The position numbers and the translations under genes were made by a program. A DNA stretch of 51,743 nt, the filler included, from Jimgerdemannia flammicorona (lineage: Eukaryota): assembly GCA_003990765.1 (NCBI GenBank). It is 2 parts of 2 records of this genome, joined end to end, with 100 filler letters (N's around TTAATTAATTAA, not from the genome) between each part and the next. Parts side by side here need not be neighbours in the genome. Positions count along the whole stretch, not along the records: positions 25,923 to 51,743 come from RBNJ01000785.1; 1 more part is not named here. One strand, 5' to 3'. The notes beneath the pieces were generated by a model, which was not told where the DNA came from, searched no databases, and saw only the letters and a program-made list of their open reading frames with translations. Shown piece after piece: positions 49,441-51,743 of this stretch (positions are counted from its first letter, which is position 1; the number at the start of each line of letters is the position of its first letter).

Positions 49441-50120
49441 AACTCGAGTCATATTTGTTTAGGAACAGATAATCCCAATGACACATCTTTAAGCCACCAA
49501 CATCCCTTAACCTAATTTAACCCATGACTTCTACTATAATCTAGTACAGTAGGAACTGGTATTCACTATGAATTCAGCTATGAGTAATTCTATGATATCA
49601 ATATATCTGTTCTCAGTGGCTCGATACATATATCATTGGTCCTTGGTCTGCTGGTATCTATATGTACTACAAACAGTCTCACCAACCTGACATACTTTCA
49701 GTGGCCCAATACATCTATGCATAAGTAGTGTCCATCTATCCTTGACCATCTATCCTTATTATACATTAAAATAAATCTCACTTTTTGATATAAACTAAAA
49801 TCCATACCATAATATAAATCATATAAATACTCTTGGTATTAAATAAATTGTAAAACTCATATTATTAAAAAAACTCACCATTTTTTTTTTTTTTTTTTCA
49901 GAAAATCCTAGTATGCTGTAACAAAAGGCACTATTGCCAAGCCACCTGAATATACATCAGTATAAATCAAGTCAAAAGCATCCATCATGTCAGTTGCCCA
50001 TATATTGGTAACAAGATTAAGCATTATATTGACCTGAAGCCACATGTTGCCCAAGCTGACTTACAGTGGAATTGAGGACCTATGCATGCAGTTTCACTAT
50101 TGTCAGCACAAGAATATTGG

Positions 50121-51743
50121 ATGGTGACTAAGGTGATTGTAGCTAGGCTGCAGAAGGTTGCCCAACAGGTACTGGGGGAAGAGCAGAGGGGCTTTGTTGG
50201 GGGTAGGCTAATAAGAGACGGGACTGCTTGGGTCCATGGTGTCATTGAAGGGGCCCGAGCCTGTGGACTGGATGGGAGGCTGGTCTTTCTGGACCAGGAG
50301 AAGGCCTACGACCGGGTTTGGCAGGTGTGGCTGGGGAAGGTGTTGGACCGCATTGGAGTCCCCACGACATTTAGGGCCTCTATGTTGAGTCTGCTGAAAA
50401 GTAGTCAGGCTGCACTGACATGTAATGGTCACCGCGGGAGGGCATTTTCCTTGGGAAGAGGAGTACCTCAGGGGGACCCTCTTTCCCCTATTCTCTATGC
50501 CCTTTCACTGGAGCTGTTGATGGATAGAATTCGCCAGAAGATAGTAGGGCTCTCTATCTATAGTATAGTGTGGAAGGTGGGGGCCTTTGCTGATGATATG
50601 GTGGTTGGACTTGGGTCTGTGGTGGATGTAGAGGAACTTCGGGAGATGGTGGAATGGTACGAGGCTCATTCAGGGGCGAAACTCAACTGGCATAAGTGTG
50701 AGACAATGGTGCTAGGGAATGGGTTGGTGGGTGGGGACGTCATTGGAACAATTGTCCCTACTGGTGAGGTGGTGAGATATCTGGGCATCTTCCTCTCTGT
50801 CTATAGTTCTGTCTTACCAAGGGTGTGGTGGGAGAGCAAGGTGCATAGTTGGGGGGAGGCCCTTCGAGGTTGGGGAGGCCACCATATCTCTTTGGCAGGG
50901 CGGGTGTCGATCTTGAATGTATATTGATTCTCTAAGCTGTGGTATGTGGCATATCATCTGGACTTCCTGGCATGGGTGGTGAAGAAGCTCATAAAGGTGG
51001 CTAGGGATTGGATTTGGGCGGGGAGGAGGTCCCAGGTCAGTTGGGATACTCTTGCGAGACCAGTAGTCAGGGGAGGTCTTGGTCTGGTGGATTTCCCTAA
51101 GAGGCTGCACTGCTTGAGAGCCTGGTGGTTGAAGAGGGCTGTGGAATTGCGAGGCGGCAGTTGGGTGCCTCTGATGCAGAAGGTATGGGAGATGCGTACG
51201 TCCCCTCGAGGGTCCTCCGGGGATCTGCTCTCTTTGGTGGGGCTGAATAGAGTTCGGAGGCTGTGGTTCAAGAGGTTTTGGTGGGGAGTAGCTGAGGGGG
51301 CACACCGTATTGGCCTGTGCTGGCAAGGCAATGAGGGGGAGGCGGCGTGGGGGCCTAATATGTGGCATTGGGATAGACTGTTCCTGGGGGGTACTCCCCT
51401 GGCTGCATTTGATATTGGGGAGGGAGTGGAGTGTCAGCAGGGGCTTGGCCAGGACCTTTGGCCGGGTGGCTGGCAGGCAGTTGGGATCAGAGAGGAGTGG
51501 GACTGGGCGGGCATCTGGTCTCGGAGTGCTGAGGTATGGTGATGGCTCCCTCCTAAGTACTGGGTGGTATGGTGGAGAATGTTGCGGAGGAATGTTATGC
51601 TGAATTTCCACTCAGAGCATTTGGTGGAGGGTGGACAGTTTGACTGCGAGGAGTGTTATGGTGTTGGGCAAGCTGGGGGTTATGTACAGACGCCAGAACA
51701 TTGGCTGGGGGAGTGTGAGGTCTTGGGGGAGTTTTGGGCAGAG
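50121..51743 (+). mobile_element. 5'-truncated, younger L1/Tx1-like LINE (copy 3; runs off the window)
   Basis: Starts abruptly inside RT (VTKVIVARLQ...QRGFVGGR, LDQEKAYDRV, GVPQGDPLSP, GAFADD, YLGI, GGLGL). Only two in-frame TGA stops seen (50925, 51540); CpGs retained. Confidence 0.95.

Noticed and set aside
32131..50121. Sequence-specific (Tx1-style) LINE targeting
   Set aside because: The three 5' flanks differ apart from being purine-rich, so no shared target is evident.

Overview
Eukaryotic DNA with GT-AG introns. It is most likely an early-diverging fungus (Mucoromycota-like), inferred from gene content and repeat style. A 100-nt artificial spacer (N-run with TTAATTAATTAA, 25823-25922) separates two unlike halves. 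The left half (1-25822) is gene-rich and CpG-rich. It encodes the end of a kelch/TM protein, a small F-box gene, a 13-exon MYSM1-type SANT-SWIRM-JAMM deubiquitinase, a Sec2/Rabin8-like protein, a bacterial-looking Eis-like GNAT acetyltransferase, a secreted protein whose mature part is 39% Tyr, a C2H2+PHD protein, a possible small secreted protein and a His-rich ZIP transporter. The right half (25923-51743) is almost CpG-free and made of decayed repeats. It holds two full-length L1/Tx1-like LINEs head-to-head inside an LTR-like relic (one with a 16-bp TSD), a Kolobok-type transposase relic, a Crinkler-type NTPase+nuclease pseudogene and a younger 5'-truncated LINE. The best lead for new biology is the Tyr/Asp/Lys/His-repeat secreted protein and its neighbours (GNAT, ZIP). 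All homology calls come from motif recognition, not database searches.
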